A stretch of DNA of 64,000 nucleotides, taken from positions 56,763 through 120,762 of IMG/VR virus record IMGVR_UViG_2747842453_000002; one strand, 5' to 3'. Both the position numbers and the translations under genes were made by a program. This document shows positions 19,079-27,861 of the stretch, piece by piece. Under the pieces are notes generated by a model. That model saw only the letters and a list, made by a program, of their open reading frames with translations. It was not told where the DNA came from and searched no databases. Every line of letters starts with the position of its first letter. Position 1 is the first letter of the stretch. The stretch comes from a virus (taxonomy: Duplodnaviria > Caudoviricetes).

Positions 19079-19990
19079 CTACTTATATCCAATTAGCATA
19101 AATCTCGTATACTTATCAAGTTCTAATTCGCCACTATATAATATATTTTGCATAGGCGCCGTTACTGCAAACTCTTCTATACTTCCAACACAATTAACGT
19201 GTTCTTCAATTTCATAATAATCATTACTTTGTAAAATTACTATCTTTCCCTGAGGGATCTTAGTATACCATTCAGAAAAGTTTTGTATATGTTCACAACT
19301 TGTATTTATGATTGTATCTGGTATATCATCTTGTTCGCAGGCAGTGCCGTCTGATCTATGTGTTGTATAAGTTTCACTAGCAAAATTTATATCAAAAATA
19401 TCTTTAGTTGATGCTTTAAATTGCCATTCATTTACTACCCAGGGTTTATTAAAAACTTCAGCAATTTTAGCGCATGATGGATCAATATCGAAAGACCTAA
19501 CTTTATCCACTTTAATGTTACTCTCAAATAACATTGTAGCAAGTGTAGCATACCACCCGGCACATAGAAATACTGTACCTAAATCTAAGTTTAATTTCTT
19601 TAATTCTTTTACAATCCAAAGTTTGCTTTTCAATTGTCCTCTACTAAAACAATCATTCCATATTTTTGTATCATTTACGAAAAAATTTTTAAACGCTGCT
19701 GTAAACTGTGTGTCTACATAGCGTTCTAGTATAGGCCATAACTTCCAAGTATTATCCTCTAAGACTAGTCTGCGCAAATCCTCATCATTGACTAAACGAA
19801 ATAGACTATGCAAATTTTGTTCTAATACTGCTTTACGTAATTCTTCAATATCTCCCAAGACATTATTAGGCATCAGTCTAAAAATACTGCTGATATCTTG
19901 ATCAATGTACGCTCTACGCAAGTCTGCTAACTTGGTGTTTGTAGGATACAATAATTCAAATCTGTCTAATAATTCAAATGTAGGAAGCAT
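19079..19990 (-). CDS. class I SAM-dependent methyltransferase-like protein
   Basis: VFLCAGWYATL, RSFDIDP, IINTSCEH Rossmann-type pattern. Confidence 0.6.
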   Translation of the reverse strand: MLPTFELLDRFELLYPTNTKLADLRRAYIDQDISSIFRLMPNNVLGDIEELRKAVLEQNLHSLFRLVNDEDLRRLVLEDNTWKLWPILERYVDTQFTAAFKNFFVNDTKIWNDCFSRGQLKSKLWIVKELKKLNLDLGTVFLCAGWYATLATMLFESNIKVDKVRSFDIDPSCAKIAEVFNKPWVVNEWQFKASTKDIFDINFASETYTTHRSDGTACEQDDIPDTIINTSCEHIQNFSEWYTKIPQGKIVILQSNDYYEIEEHVNCVGSIEEFAVTAPMQNILYSGELELDKYTRFMLIGYK

Positions 19991-20956
19991 TTACTTAATA
20001 CCAATTTTCATAAAATAATTTACATTATTAATTCGTAATACACCACTGTATATCTCTTCAGTTAATATAAATTTACGATTGAACGCTACAGAACTTTTAA
20101 ATGGTCTAGGAACATCTCCATCTCTTCCTACCAGTACCACATGCCGGGTCGTAGGAACCATTTTCCACCATGATTCATAATCGTCCAAGTAACTTATATT
20201 ATGATTAATTATTAATCCTGGAACTTCATTAAATGGATCACTAGTAGTACCATCAGGTAATATTGCTGAAAACGCATTAGTTTCATAGTTTAAATTATAA
20301 ATATCCTGGGTGGTTGCCTTAAATTTCCAATTATTTAATAATTCGTCTTGCATCATATAGTCTGCGATAAACTGACCTGTACCATTTATATCAAATGATC
20401 TAATATTTTCAAATTTCAATTTAGTGTCTAATATTGATGCTGCTAGTAATCCAATTTCACCTCCTAAAATATATATAGTACCGAGATATTTATTATTATA
20501 AGAATTAACCATTGATGAAGTTATCCAGGAAATAATTTTTCCATTTTCGGCAGTTGAGAATTCACCGATATCAAAGTTTGGAAAATTATATAGAACGTCT
20601 TTCAATCGATCTAAGATTTTAGAATCACCATTACCAGTATCTATGTTTGAATAATAAGACATAAAATTCATAGCAGATACATAATTTCCTAACTGCTGTG
20701 GAATGTTTTCATTGCCAAATGTATTATGCATAAGAGTATAATTATATGTTTCTAATTTAGGAAGTTCAAAATCATGTGCAATTTCTTCTACTACTGAAAA
20801 AAATGATGAATCATCGACTTCTTCATTTTCATCTTCAATTAATAAAGATGAATTGGATCCTGTTGCAATTTGATTATACAAGTCTTCATTACTTTCAATA
20901 GTTTTTTCTTTTCGCCTAGAACGTTTTGTTACTGAAATATCACTCATAGTATTCAT
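19991..20956 (-). CDS. divergent paralog of the adjacent methyltransferase-like protein
   Basis: LGTIYILGGEIGLLA, IRSFDI, WKFKATTQDI and FMKIGIK align with 19079..19990; acidic N-terminal extension. Confidence 0.6.
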   Translation of the reverse strand: MNTMSDISVTKRSRRKEKTIESNEDLYNQIATGSNSSLLIEDENEEVDDSSFFSVVEEIAHDFELPKLETYNYTLMHNTFGNENIPQQLGNYVSAMNFMSYYSNIDTGNGDSKILDRLKDVLYNFPNFDIGEFSTAENGKIISWITSSMVNSYNNKYLGTIYILGGEIGLLAASILDTKLKFENIRSFDINGTGQFIADYMMQDELLNNWKFKATTQDIYNLNYETNAFSAILPDGTTSDPFNEVPGLIINHNISYLDDYESWWKMVPTTRHVVLVGRDGDVPRPFKSSVAFNRKFILTEEIYSGVLRINNVNYFMKIGIK

Positions 20957-22049
20957 TAAACCTTTCTTTTAACCATGTAAAATCATTTATCATATTTAAA
21001 TTTTCTTGATTATCTTTATTATTTAATCCGTATTCTCTGCCCGCTATTGCACCGTCATGTGCATATTCACCATATAGTTTAGAGTTGCTAATGGTTGAAT
21101 CACACCAAACATTCAGACGTTTCTCTGTATCACTGTCTATCTGTTCTTTAATAATCTTACTACTCAATTTTGTACATTCTCTGAACGCACTCTTCCATGT
21201 ATTAAAAGCATCAGTATTAAACATTGTAATATTTGAAACTTCTGGCATCAATTTGAAACTATCTGAAATGCTAGTTGTGAAATCTATATTCCATTTTGTG
21301 GCATTTCTCAATAAATCTGTAGGAAGTAATTTTACACCTCCATAACCATATTCCAAGTCATTAATAGGATTACGTGAATGCCAAACATGTACAGTTTCTT
21401 CATCCCATCTTGGTGCAAAATAATCAAATTTAAACTCTGGAGTTATTATAGCATCAGCATCTACCACATAAAACATACTTGTTTCCGCTAATTCAGCCGC
21501 CTTTTTATGTGCTTCAAATATTCCTTTAACACCATCAATTCGCTTGGCATGTGGAAATCTCTTCAGAAGGTTATTATAATTATCATCTGCAAAAATTTCT
21601 TTATAACTAATATAAACAATATCATATAACAAATCTTCCATGTCATATGTAAATATATATTCATTATGTTCTTTATATTTGCCTTTTAGTCTATATAAGG
21701 CAGACTCGATGTCAGAAGTATTGTGTGTCCTATGTAGTAATTTAATACCATCTAACGTATCATTTCTCCACAATCTCATATCATTATTCCATAAATGAGG
21801 TATCTGATTATCCCACTTATCAGGTTTAAAATTCCAGTCAAAGGCAGGATCTATTACAATATCAGGATCAATGATCCAATAATATTCTGTATTCGCCAAC
21901 ATAGAAATCTTAGAATATACATACTCTAAATCATATGGCTCGCTCAATCTTATCAATTTGACATGAGGCATTCGATTCCTCACCATTTTAAATCTGTCAA
22001 TATCATTAATTGACAGCTCCTGAGTCATGAAAAAACAATCGTATGGCAT
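20940..22049 (-). CDS. glycosyltransferase-like protein (GT-A, tandem domains)
   Basis: DxD motifs IIDPD and VVDAD in two similar halves; GVKGIFEAHK, YGYGGVKL, WKSAFRE. Confidence 0.65.
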   Translation of the reverse strand: MPYDCFFMTQELSINDIDRFKMVRNRMPHVKLIRLSEPYDLEYVYSKISMLANTEYYWIIDPDIVIDPAFDWNFKPDKWDNQIPHLWNNDMRLWRNDTLDGIKLLHRTHNTSDIESALYRLKGKYKEHNEYIFTYDMEDLLYDIVYISYKEIFADDNYNNLLKRFPHAKRIDGVKGIFEAHKKAAELAETSMFYVVDADAIITPEFKFDYFAPRWDEETVHVWHSRNPINDLEYGYGGVKLLPTDLLRNATKWNIDFTTSISDSFKLMPEVSNITMFNTDAFNTWKSAFRECTKLSSKIIKEQIDSDTEKRLNVWCDSTISNSKLYGEYAHDGAIAGREYGLNNKDNQENLNMINDFTWLKERFNEYYE

Positions 22050-22084
22050 CTATATCCTTATTCAGTTATATTAATATTATCATA

Positions 22085-23617
22085 TTAATCATCCGATGTC
22101 AAGACTTTAATGTCGTGGCATCTCTCAAACTCATATACATCATTTAAATCATTGACAATTGGTTGACCTTTAATATTTAATGATGTATTCACAAGCATAG
22201 GACAACCAGTCTTTTCTTTAAACTTAGACAACAATGTATATAACCCTGGATGCTGTTCATTGTTAACGGTCTGTACCCGTGAGGTCCCGTCTGCGTGTAT
22301 GATTGCAGGGAAATCAAGCGGATACTTACACTTAGCAACAAATTGCATATAAGGTGAACTATTAATGTTTTCTGGCATAATGAAGTAATCGTGTACATCT
22401 TCTTCTAGTATCATAGGTGCGAATGGTCTAAACTTTTGCCTACGTTTGATTTCATTCATTCTGTCCTTAATTGTATCTCCGCGTGGATCAGCAGTTAGAG
22501 TACGATTACCTAATGCACGTGGACCAAACTCTGCACGACCATTTGCAATGCCAATAATGTCACCATTAAGTAATGCATCTAATGCTTTCTCTACTGGATA
22601 ACTACCTTCTATATTATGTCCTAGATAAGGAGTTTCCCATTTAATTCTTGCATCGAAGAATTTTTGTGAAGCGCCGATACAACTACCAGCATCACCTGGA
22701 TTTGGCATTATCCAAATATTTTTAAATCGTTCGGTTATTAAACTATTCGCACTACAATTAAGAGCACACCCACCCATCAATACTAAGTTAGTACTGAATG
22801 CCATCTTTTTAATATCATCTATAATTACAGATAACATTTGTGTGTATATTTCTTGTGTCGCTGCAGCAATATCATAATGATCTTGTTCAGTTATTAATTC
22901 AGGTAAAAAATCTTTACACCCACGATGCAGATTCTTTTTTAGGTTGACCACATGGTAAAATTTACTACTATGATCATTTAATACTATTCCAAATTCATCA
23001 TACATATGTTGAATTATAGTTTTATTATTAACTTCTCTATTAATATCGCCATACGCTGCCATACCCATAAGAATATATTCATCTTCCTGCGGTTTTAATC
23101 CTAGTCTATCAGTCATTGCACTATAGAATAATCCGACACTGGCTGGATATGCTTGTGAATAATATTGCACAAGATTATCATTTTTGCCACGCCATATGCT
23201 TAATGTTTCCAATTCACCTATGCTATCTATCACGAGAATAGCCGCATCATTGAATGGACTTGTAAAATATCCACTTGCAGCATGTGTATAATGGTGTGAT
23301 TGATATACTATAGGAATATCTTTTAATTGTTCAAAGTTTTTTAAATAATTACCTGGCAATTCTTTTAAATCAAATGCAAGTGAATATTGTCCTGCAATCA
23401 ACTGTCTCCATTTTTTAATAAGTGGCTTCTCATACCACGCTATTACATCAGGCTTACCATATGATAAGGCTTCTTGAATTATTTCTGCATTCAAGTTAGG
23501 GTCATTTTTTATTTTAGAATAGCGTTCACTATGACTGGCAAAAAGAATTTTACCATCACAAATGACGCTGACCGCAGCATCATGGTTTAACGCACCTGAT
23601 ATTCCTAGTATAATCAT
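22085..23617 (-). CDS. carbamoyltransferase (NodU/CmcH family)
   Basis: HDAA, ERYSKIKND, HHYTHA, GGCALNC, PGDAG, EFGPRALGNR, RPFAP, NTSLN. Confidence 0.95.
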   Translation of the reverse strand: MIILGISGALNHDAAVSVICDGKILFASHSERYSKIKNDPNLNAEIIQEALSYGKPDVIAWYEKPLIKKWRQLIAGQYSLAFDLKELPGNYLKNFEQLKDIPIVYQSHHYTHAASGYFTSPFNDAAILVIDSIGELETLSIWRGKNDNLVQYYSQAYPASVGLFYSAMTDRLGLKPQEDEYILMGMAAYGDINREVNNKTIIQHMYDEFGIVLNDHSSKFYHVVNLKKNLHRGCKDFLPELITEQDHYDIAAATQEIYTQMLSVIIDDIKKMAFSTNLVLMGGCALNCSANSLITERFKNIWIMPNPGDAGSCIGASQKFFDARIKWETPYLGHNIEGSYPVEKALDALLNGDIIGIANGRAEFGPRALGNRTLTADPRGDTIKDRMNEIKRRQKFRPFAPMILEEDVHDYFIMPENINSSPYMQFVAKCKYPLDFPAIIHADGTSRVQTVNNEQHPGLYTLLSKFKEKTGCPMLVNTSLNIKGQPIVNDLNDVYEFERCHDIKVLTSDD

Positions 23618-23727
23618 TTGTAAATAAATGGATCACGCTTACGAAGTTCTTCTAGTCGTTTTTTTAATTTCTTTTTATCTTTATATCGTGTATACGGATA
23701 TATTATTATTTGCCATATTTTTTTCAT
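23614..23727 (-). CDS. 37-aa basic small protein, missing from the ORF track
   Basis: MKKIWQIIIYPYTRYKDKKKLKKRLEELRKRDPFIYK; TGA overlaps the carbamoyltransferase ATG (ATGA) and the ORF fills the intergenic gap. Confidence 0.7.
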   Translation of the reverse strand: MKKIWQIIIYPYTRYKDKKKLKKRLEELRKRDPFIYK

Positions 23728-23729
23728 TT

Positions 23730-24020
23730 TTAAAATATTCCCATATTTACCAGTGTTATTAATATTATTACAGTAAAAACTTTTACTATGAACATTTTAC
23801 CTATACCTTTTCCGGTATCTTTAACTGCTGGTCGCCAAGTTTCCCATCTGCCTATTTTTTTCCATTCTTCTTTAGATGTCCATAACCCGCCCACATGTTT
23901 GAGCCACTGTTTGAACGTTTTGTCATCGTGCTTCTTACGTTCAGTATGCCAGGCATCTAATATTTCAAAAATATTCTTAATTCCCATATTATCATTCTCA
24001 ATTAACGTAATGTATTTCAA
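23730..24020 (-). CDS. hypothetical protein with C-terminal TM helix (alternative start 23987)
   Basis: Trp-rich ORF with hydrophobic C-terminus. Confidence 0.6.
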   Translation of the reverse strand: MKYITLIENDNMGIKNIFEILDAWHTERKKHDDKTFKQWLKHVGGLWTSKEEWKKIGRWETWRPAVKDTGKGIGKMFIVKVFTVIILITLVNMGIF

Positions 24021-24270
24021 ACCATCCTAGCATAACTTTGCCATCTTCCGGAGTAGCGTTAAACCATTCTCCCTTAACTCTTTTGTGTGCATATTCCTTA
24101 TGTAATGTTTTTTCTAAATTTCTAACTTCTTTTTCTTCTACTAAGATAGTATCAATTAGTTGAAGTTTGTTAGGATTTCCTGTTTGTAATGTCTTCAATC
24201 TTTTTTCTGGATTATTACTGAAACCAAACTTACATAAATCTTTTCCATCAGATATGCAATATATATACAT
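23998..24270 (-). CDS. GIY-YIG-like (T5orf172/Mug113) domain protein
   Basis: YIY...KFGFSNNPEKRLKTLQTGNP...E..LH...GEWF. Confidence 0.85.
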   Translation of the reverse strand: MYIYCISDGKDLCKFGFSNNPEKRLKTLQTGNPNKLQLIDTILVEEKEVRNLEKTLHKEYAHKRVKGEWFNATPEDGKVMLGWFEIHYVN

Positions 24271-25001
24271 TATCCATTGCCTTCACGTGTTCGTTTAATA
24301 TCATCGAATATAATGTTAGCCCAATCTTTATGTGCTATCTCATTAGGATGTAGAAATTTTTCATCGCCCTCTATATTATAATATAGTTCTTTATCATACA
24401 TGTAAGTAAAAAATGTTTGTTCCTCATAAAGATGCTGCATATCAATTTGTTTCATAACATTCTCCATCTCATATGTAGTACATATTTCAGAAAATCTGGT
24501 GGGATCAATAAGATTAGGTGTTAGATTTAAAGAATTAAATAGCACATATTCTAGTTCTGCATTTTTTAAAAAGTTCTGCAGTGTAATAACATTAATAAGA
24601 TATTGGTGAAAGTCGTATACAGGTGACCAGAAATGTTTCATATATAATGCATTCAGTTTCTTCAAATCATCATTTGTACTAGCATCTAGTCTTATATTAC
24701 CATGATATTCAATTGCAGGTATATTGTGTATCAATAAGTTTTTATCTTCAATAAAATGTTCTTTTCTATTTGGAGTTGTTAATCCAATTGCAACAAACGG
24801 ACGTTCACCATTAGCAAGCATATCACTTATTGTTTTAATTGCTGTACGAACAATATAGAAATTAGAAACGCCTCTATCTGCCTCGGTTTGTGTTTGTTTT
24901 CTATCAAATCCTAATAGTTCCGCTAATTCATACGGCCAAGCATTTTCTTTATTTGCTAGTCCAGTGCCGTATGTAAAACTACATCCATTTGCATATAACA
25001 T
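24270..25001 (-). CDS. SGNH/GDSL hydrolase-like (acyl-esterase/transferase) protein
   Basis: N-terminal NGCSFTYG (GxS block I), G.SN block II, C-terminal HPNEIAH. Confidence 0.7.
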   Translation of the reverse strand: MLYANGCSFTYGTGLANKENAWPYELAELLGFDRKQTQTEADRGVSNFYIVRTAIKTISDMLANGERPFVAIGLTTPNRKEHFIEDKNLLIHNIPAIEYHGNIRLDASTNDDLKKLNALYMKHFWSPVYDFHQYLINVITLQNFLKNAELEYVLFNSLNLTPNLIDPTRFSEICTTYEMENVMKQIDMQHLYEEQTFFTYMYDKELYYNIEGDEKFLHPNEIAHKDWANIIFDDIKRTREGNG

Positions 25002-25054
25002 ATTTAATATATCCTTTTTTATTATATTCGTAGTTATTTATCTTGAGAAAAGGG

Positions 25055-25083
25055 TTGACATTATAGACGAATCACTTTATAAA
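25055..25083 (+). promoter_or_regulatory. sigma70-type promoter with GANTC (CGAATCA) box in spacer
   Basis: TTGACA-N7-CGAATC-N4-TATAAA, 17-bp spacer. Confidence 0.8.
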
Positions 25084-25111
25084 GAATGTATAAGTTAGAT
25101 AGGAAATAGTC

Positions 25112-25309
25112 ATGCATAAGAAAAACAGTTATTTCTTCGAAACAAAAGAAGAGGCTCTTTCGTATATTGAAGGTTTCAATACAAAAGAAACTGGGCGGCC
25201 AGATCGTGACACTCACATTCGTGGCCCATTCGTACACGATAGCGGGCATGATGTTAGCGATCCCAATCGTCAAGTTGGGTTTGTAGTACACGTAGAAAAA
25301 TACAGTTAA
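25112..25309 (+). CDS. small hypothetical protein
   Basis: 65-aa ORF, AGGA RBS after promoter. Confidence 0.65.
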   Translation: MHKKNSYFFETKEEALSYIEGFNTKETGRPDRDTHIRGPFVHDSGHDVSDPNRQVGFVVHVEKYS

Positions 25310-25319
25310 GGAGAATATT

Positions 25320-25472
25320 ATGTGGTCAGTAACAGCAAAAAACTTTGGTGAAAATGCAGATAGTTTTCACGTCAGTGGCTTAACATATGATAATGCACGG
25401 GCATTGCACTCTAGTCTTAGTAATAGTGGCGAATGGGCTCAAGTTCGTAGTTATGAAGTAGTTACCAAGTAG
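25320..25472 (+). CDS. 50-aa hypothetical protein, missing from the ORF track
   Basis: AAGGAG RBS, MWSVTAKNFGENADSFHVSG...SYEVVTK. Confidence 0.65.
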   Translation: MWSVTAKNFGENADSFHVSGLTYDNARALHSSLSNSGEWAQVRSYEVVTK

Positions 25473-25519
25473 AAAAACTAGTCTGAATTCGAACCAAAAA
25501 CATAACGAGATGAACTGAT

Positions 25520-26290
25520 ATGAACATTATGAATGCACACGACTTCGTAGATACCACACGTAATATCGATTTCGTAAATGAAAAACTTTACGGAAAACAG
25601 TCTATATCAAAAGTTCAGTTAGTTGCTCTTGCTATCATGGCACAAAAGATTAACGGCGAATACGTTAAACGTGGCGGCAAGTCTGACTTTGTTGATATCT
25701 ATGATCCCGAACTTGATGAAACGTTTCAACGCTTCGCAAAAGTTAAAGAAGCGAACCGCAATGTCATGGAAATTTTGGCAGAGAACAATTCTCTTATCAC
25801 TATGGATGTCATGATAGAAGCACACGACATGATTAAAGGTCTCGAAATGGATTTTATGTTCAAAGTTCTCGGTGATAATATGAACGATTTTGAAACCAGT
25901 ATACATGAATTTCTAGCAGAGAATGATGATAATCTCAATGTTCGCTATCACATTGGTGTTGTTGCTTACATTCCAGAATATGTAAAACGTGATGCTAATA
26001 AAAAGAAATTAGAAGAACGTTCAGTTGGTTCTGAATACATTGGAAGTGAAGGCGATAAAGTTACCATAGACATTGAGATTATTTCTAAACGTCAGGCAAC
26101 TGCTTGGGCCGGATGGAATGTTAATGCTATAACACCAGACGGTAATCGTGTTTCATTCTTTACTACAAAAGATGAATTATCAGAAATGACAGGTGTTTTT
26201 AGTATTACTGCAAAAGTCAAAGATTGTAGCACAGTTTGGGGCAATTCAGATATCAAGGAGACCAGGTTGAATTATGTAAAAATATTATAA
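25520..26290 (+). CDS. hypothetical phage protein, possible C-terminal OB-fold
   Basis: 256-aa ORF; SEYIG..GDKV...ITAKVK...ETRLNYVK C-terminal pattern. Confidence 0.7.
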   Translation: MNIMNAHDFVDTTRNIDFVNEKLYGKQSISKVQLVALAIMAQKINGEYVKRGGKSDFVDIYDPELDETFQRFAKVKEANRNVMEILAENNSLITMDVMIEAHDMIKGLEMDFMFKVLGDNMNDFETSIHEFLAENDDNLNVRYHIGVVAYIPEYVKRDANKKKLEERSVGSEYIGSEGDKVTIDIEIISKRQATAWAGWNVNAITPDGNRVSFFTTKDELSEMTGVFSITAKVKDCSTVWGNSDIKETRLNYVKIL

Positions 26291-26503
26291 GTAATATATC
26301 CATACTAATCCAGGTATTATAATAAAAAACTGTGGTAAAAAATTTAGTATAAGTGCTTTCTCATTTTGTTTCCAGCCTACATATATCCAACCAGATGCAC
26401 CCAACATCTGTAGAAAACTATTCCATGGTGTCCATCCTTGCACGTGAAATAGCATTGCGGCAAGTATTATGATTGCACTGCCATATTTAATATAAGTAAT
26501 CAA
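26285..26503 (-). CDS. small membrane protein
   Basis: 72 aa, three hydrophobic segments. Confidence 0.7.
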   Translation of the reverse strand: MITYIKYGSAIIILAAMLFHVQGWTPWNSFLQMLGASGWIYVGWKQNEKALILNFLPQFFIIIPGLVWIYYL

Positions 26504-26504
26504 T

Positions 26505-27137
26505 CTATAACGCGCCTCTTTTACTACTTGCTAGTTTTATTAAATCATCTAGTTCAGTGTATTCTATATAATTCATATACTTCTTATTCTTGTCCTGAAC
26601 AAGTATTTTTTCTATTTCTGCTATATTAATATTCTTTGGTATGTGTAATTGTTGTTCAATACTATTTACATATTTTATACCATAAAGATATAATAATTCT
26701 TGACTTACAAATATATGTTTCTTATCCATGAAAAAATCTAATTGTTCTAAAAATCTAGGAGTAGTGTGGTGACCACGAACTCTAGTTTGTTGATGTTCTA
26801 ATATATTACGGTCTCTACCAATAATCATATAAGTTACAGTATCAAATTTCTGTGTCGCATAATGGTGAAAGTTTTTAAAATCTGGTATCTTTGTTTCGCC
26901 ATCAAATATATATGGTGCGCCCATACTGGTGTAATAATAGTCGTGTGTTGTGGTATCAAAGTCTAGTAATAGTTCTGCATTTTCCCAACAATCTGCAAAG
27001 GGTTCCATGTCATGACCTTCCCAATATTTATGTTGTAGTGTTTTCCAAGCAAAAACGTTTTTATTACTACCAAATATCTTTGCATACAAATGATTACCAC
27101 TGCCTTGTGGTCCTACTGCTATGACTAGTTGCTTCAT
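26505..27137 (-). CDS. P-loop sulfotransferase-like protein
   Basis: N-terminal VGPQGSGNHL and later IIGRD, the layout of sulfotransferase-like P-loop folds. Confidence 0.45.
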   Translation of the reverse strand: MKQLVIAVGPQGSGNHLYAKIFGSNKNVFAWKTLQHKYWEGHDMEPFADCWENAELLLDFDTTTHDYYYTSMGAPYIFDGETKIPDFKNFHHYATQKFDTVTYMIIGRDRNILEHQQTRVRGHHTTPRFLEQLDFFMDKKHIFVSQELLYLYGIKYVNSIEQQLHIPKNINIAEIEKILVQDKNKKYMNYIEYTELDDLIKLASSKRGAL

Positions 27138-27805
27138 ACATCTATCTTTAAGTCGTATGTACTGAATAATCTATGCATTTCTGGGGTTGCTACACCCGTG
27201 ACTAATAATGTAGAACGTGGGGTGCGTCCTGCATTTGCAGTACAATGAGGAGAGTTAAACCAATCAAAACTGTAAATCTCCCCGGCACGATATCCTGTAT
27301 GAACAACATTACCATATTGTAAAAAGTGTCCAGGTTCCCAATCACCTAACATAATCATAAAACGATAAACTGTTGTAGGCTCTTTTTTATTCCATTTTTC
27401 TAATTTGTCTACATGTAAGTTCCATACTTGACCCGGCATTTGTACATGGACTCGGCGTTGTACATCTCTATCATCACCTGGTAATAGATGTAATGCATCA
27501 GTCATTGATTGAAATATTGGTTCTATCTGATAATCTAACTTAGTTAGTACCAAATCGGCAGGAGCACCAGTCTGTATCAAGTCTAATTCTTCTGCTTCAA
27601 TATCTTCGCTACCGTTCGGACTGTCAATTGGATTACGTGTTCTCCAAGTAATGTCATTACTTTTTGCAATAGTACGTTCTAATGCTTCTTGCCAATCACC
27701 TTCAAATTTGCCGATATATCGCATGCCATCGTATGCTGGATCATGCTTAAATGGATCATAATGATAATTGTTTCTTGGCGATGTTTTTTCCCAATTGCTT
27801 TGCAT
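27134..27805 (-). CDS. 2OG-Fe(II) oxygenase-like (cupin) protein
   Basis: PGQVWNLHVD (HxD) and distal PHCTANAG..PR. Confidence 0.65.
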   Translation of the reverse strand: MQSNWEKTSPRNNYHYDPFKHDPAYDGMRYIGKFEGDWQEALERTIAKSNDITWRTRNPIDSPNGSEDIEAEELDLIQTGAPADLVLTKLDYQIEPIFQSMTDALHLLPGDDRDVQRRVHVQMPGQVWNLHVDKLEKWNKKEPTTVYRFMIMLGDWEPGHFLQYGNVVHTGYRAGEIYSFDWFNSPHCTANAGRTPRSTLLVTGVATPEMHRLFSTYDLKIDV

Positions 27806-27823
27806 TACTTTCTCCTTGTAAAT

Positions 27824-27848
27824 TAGTGGAGGGAATATCCCTCCACTA
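27824..27848 (-). terminator. strong hairpin downstream of tctC (terminator or mRNA-stabilising stem)
   Basis: TAGTGGAGGGA-ATA-TCCCTCCACTA perfect 11-bp stem, weak U-tract. Confidence 0.6.
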
Positions 27849-27861
27849 CGTTTATTTATTT

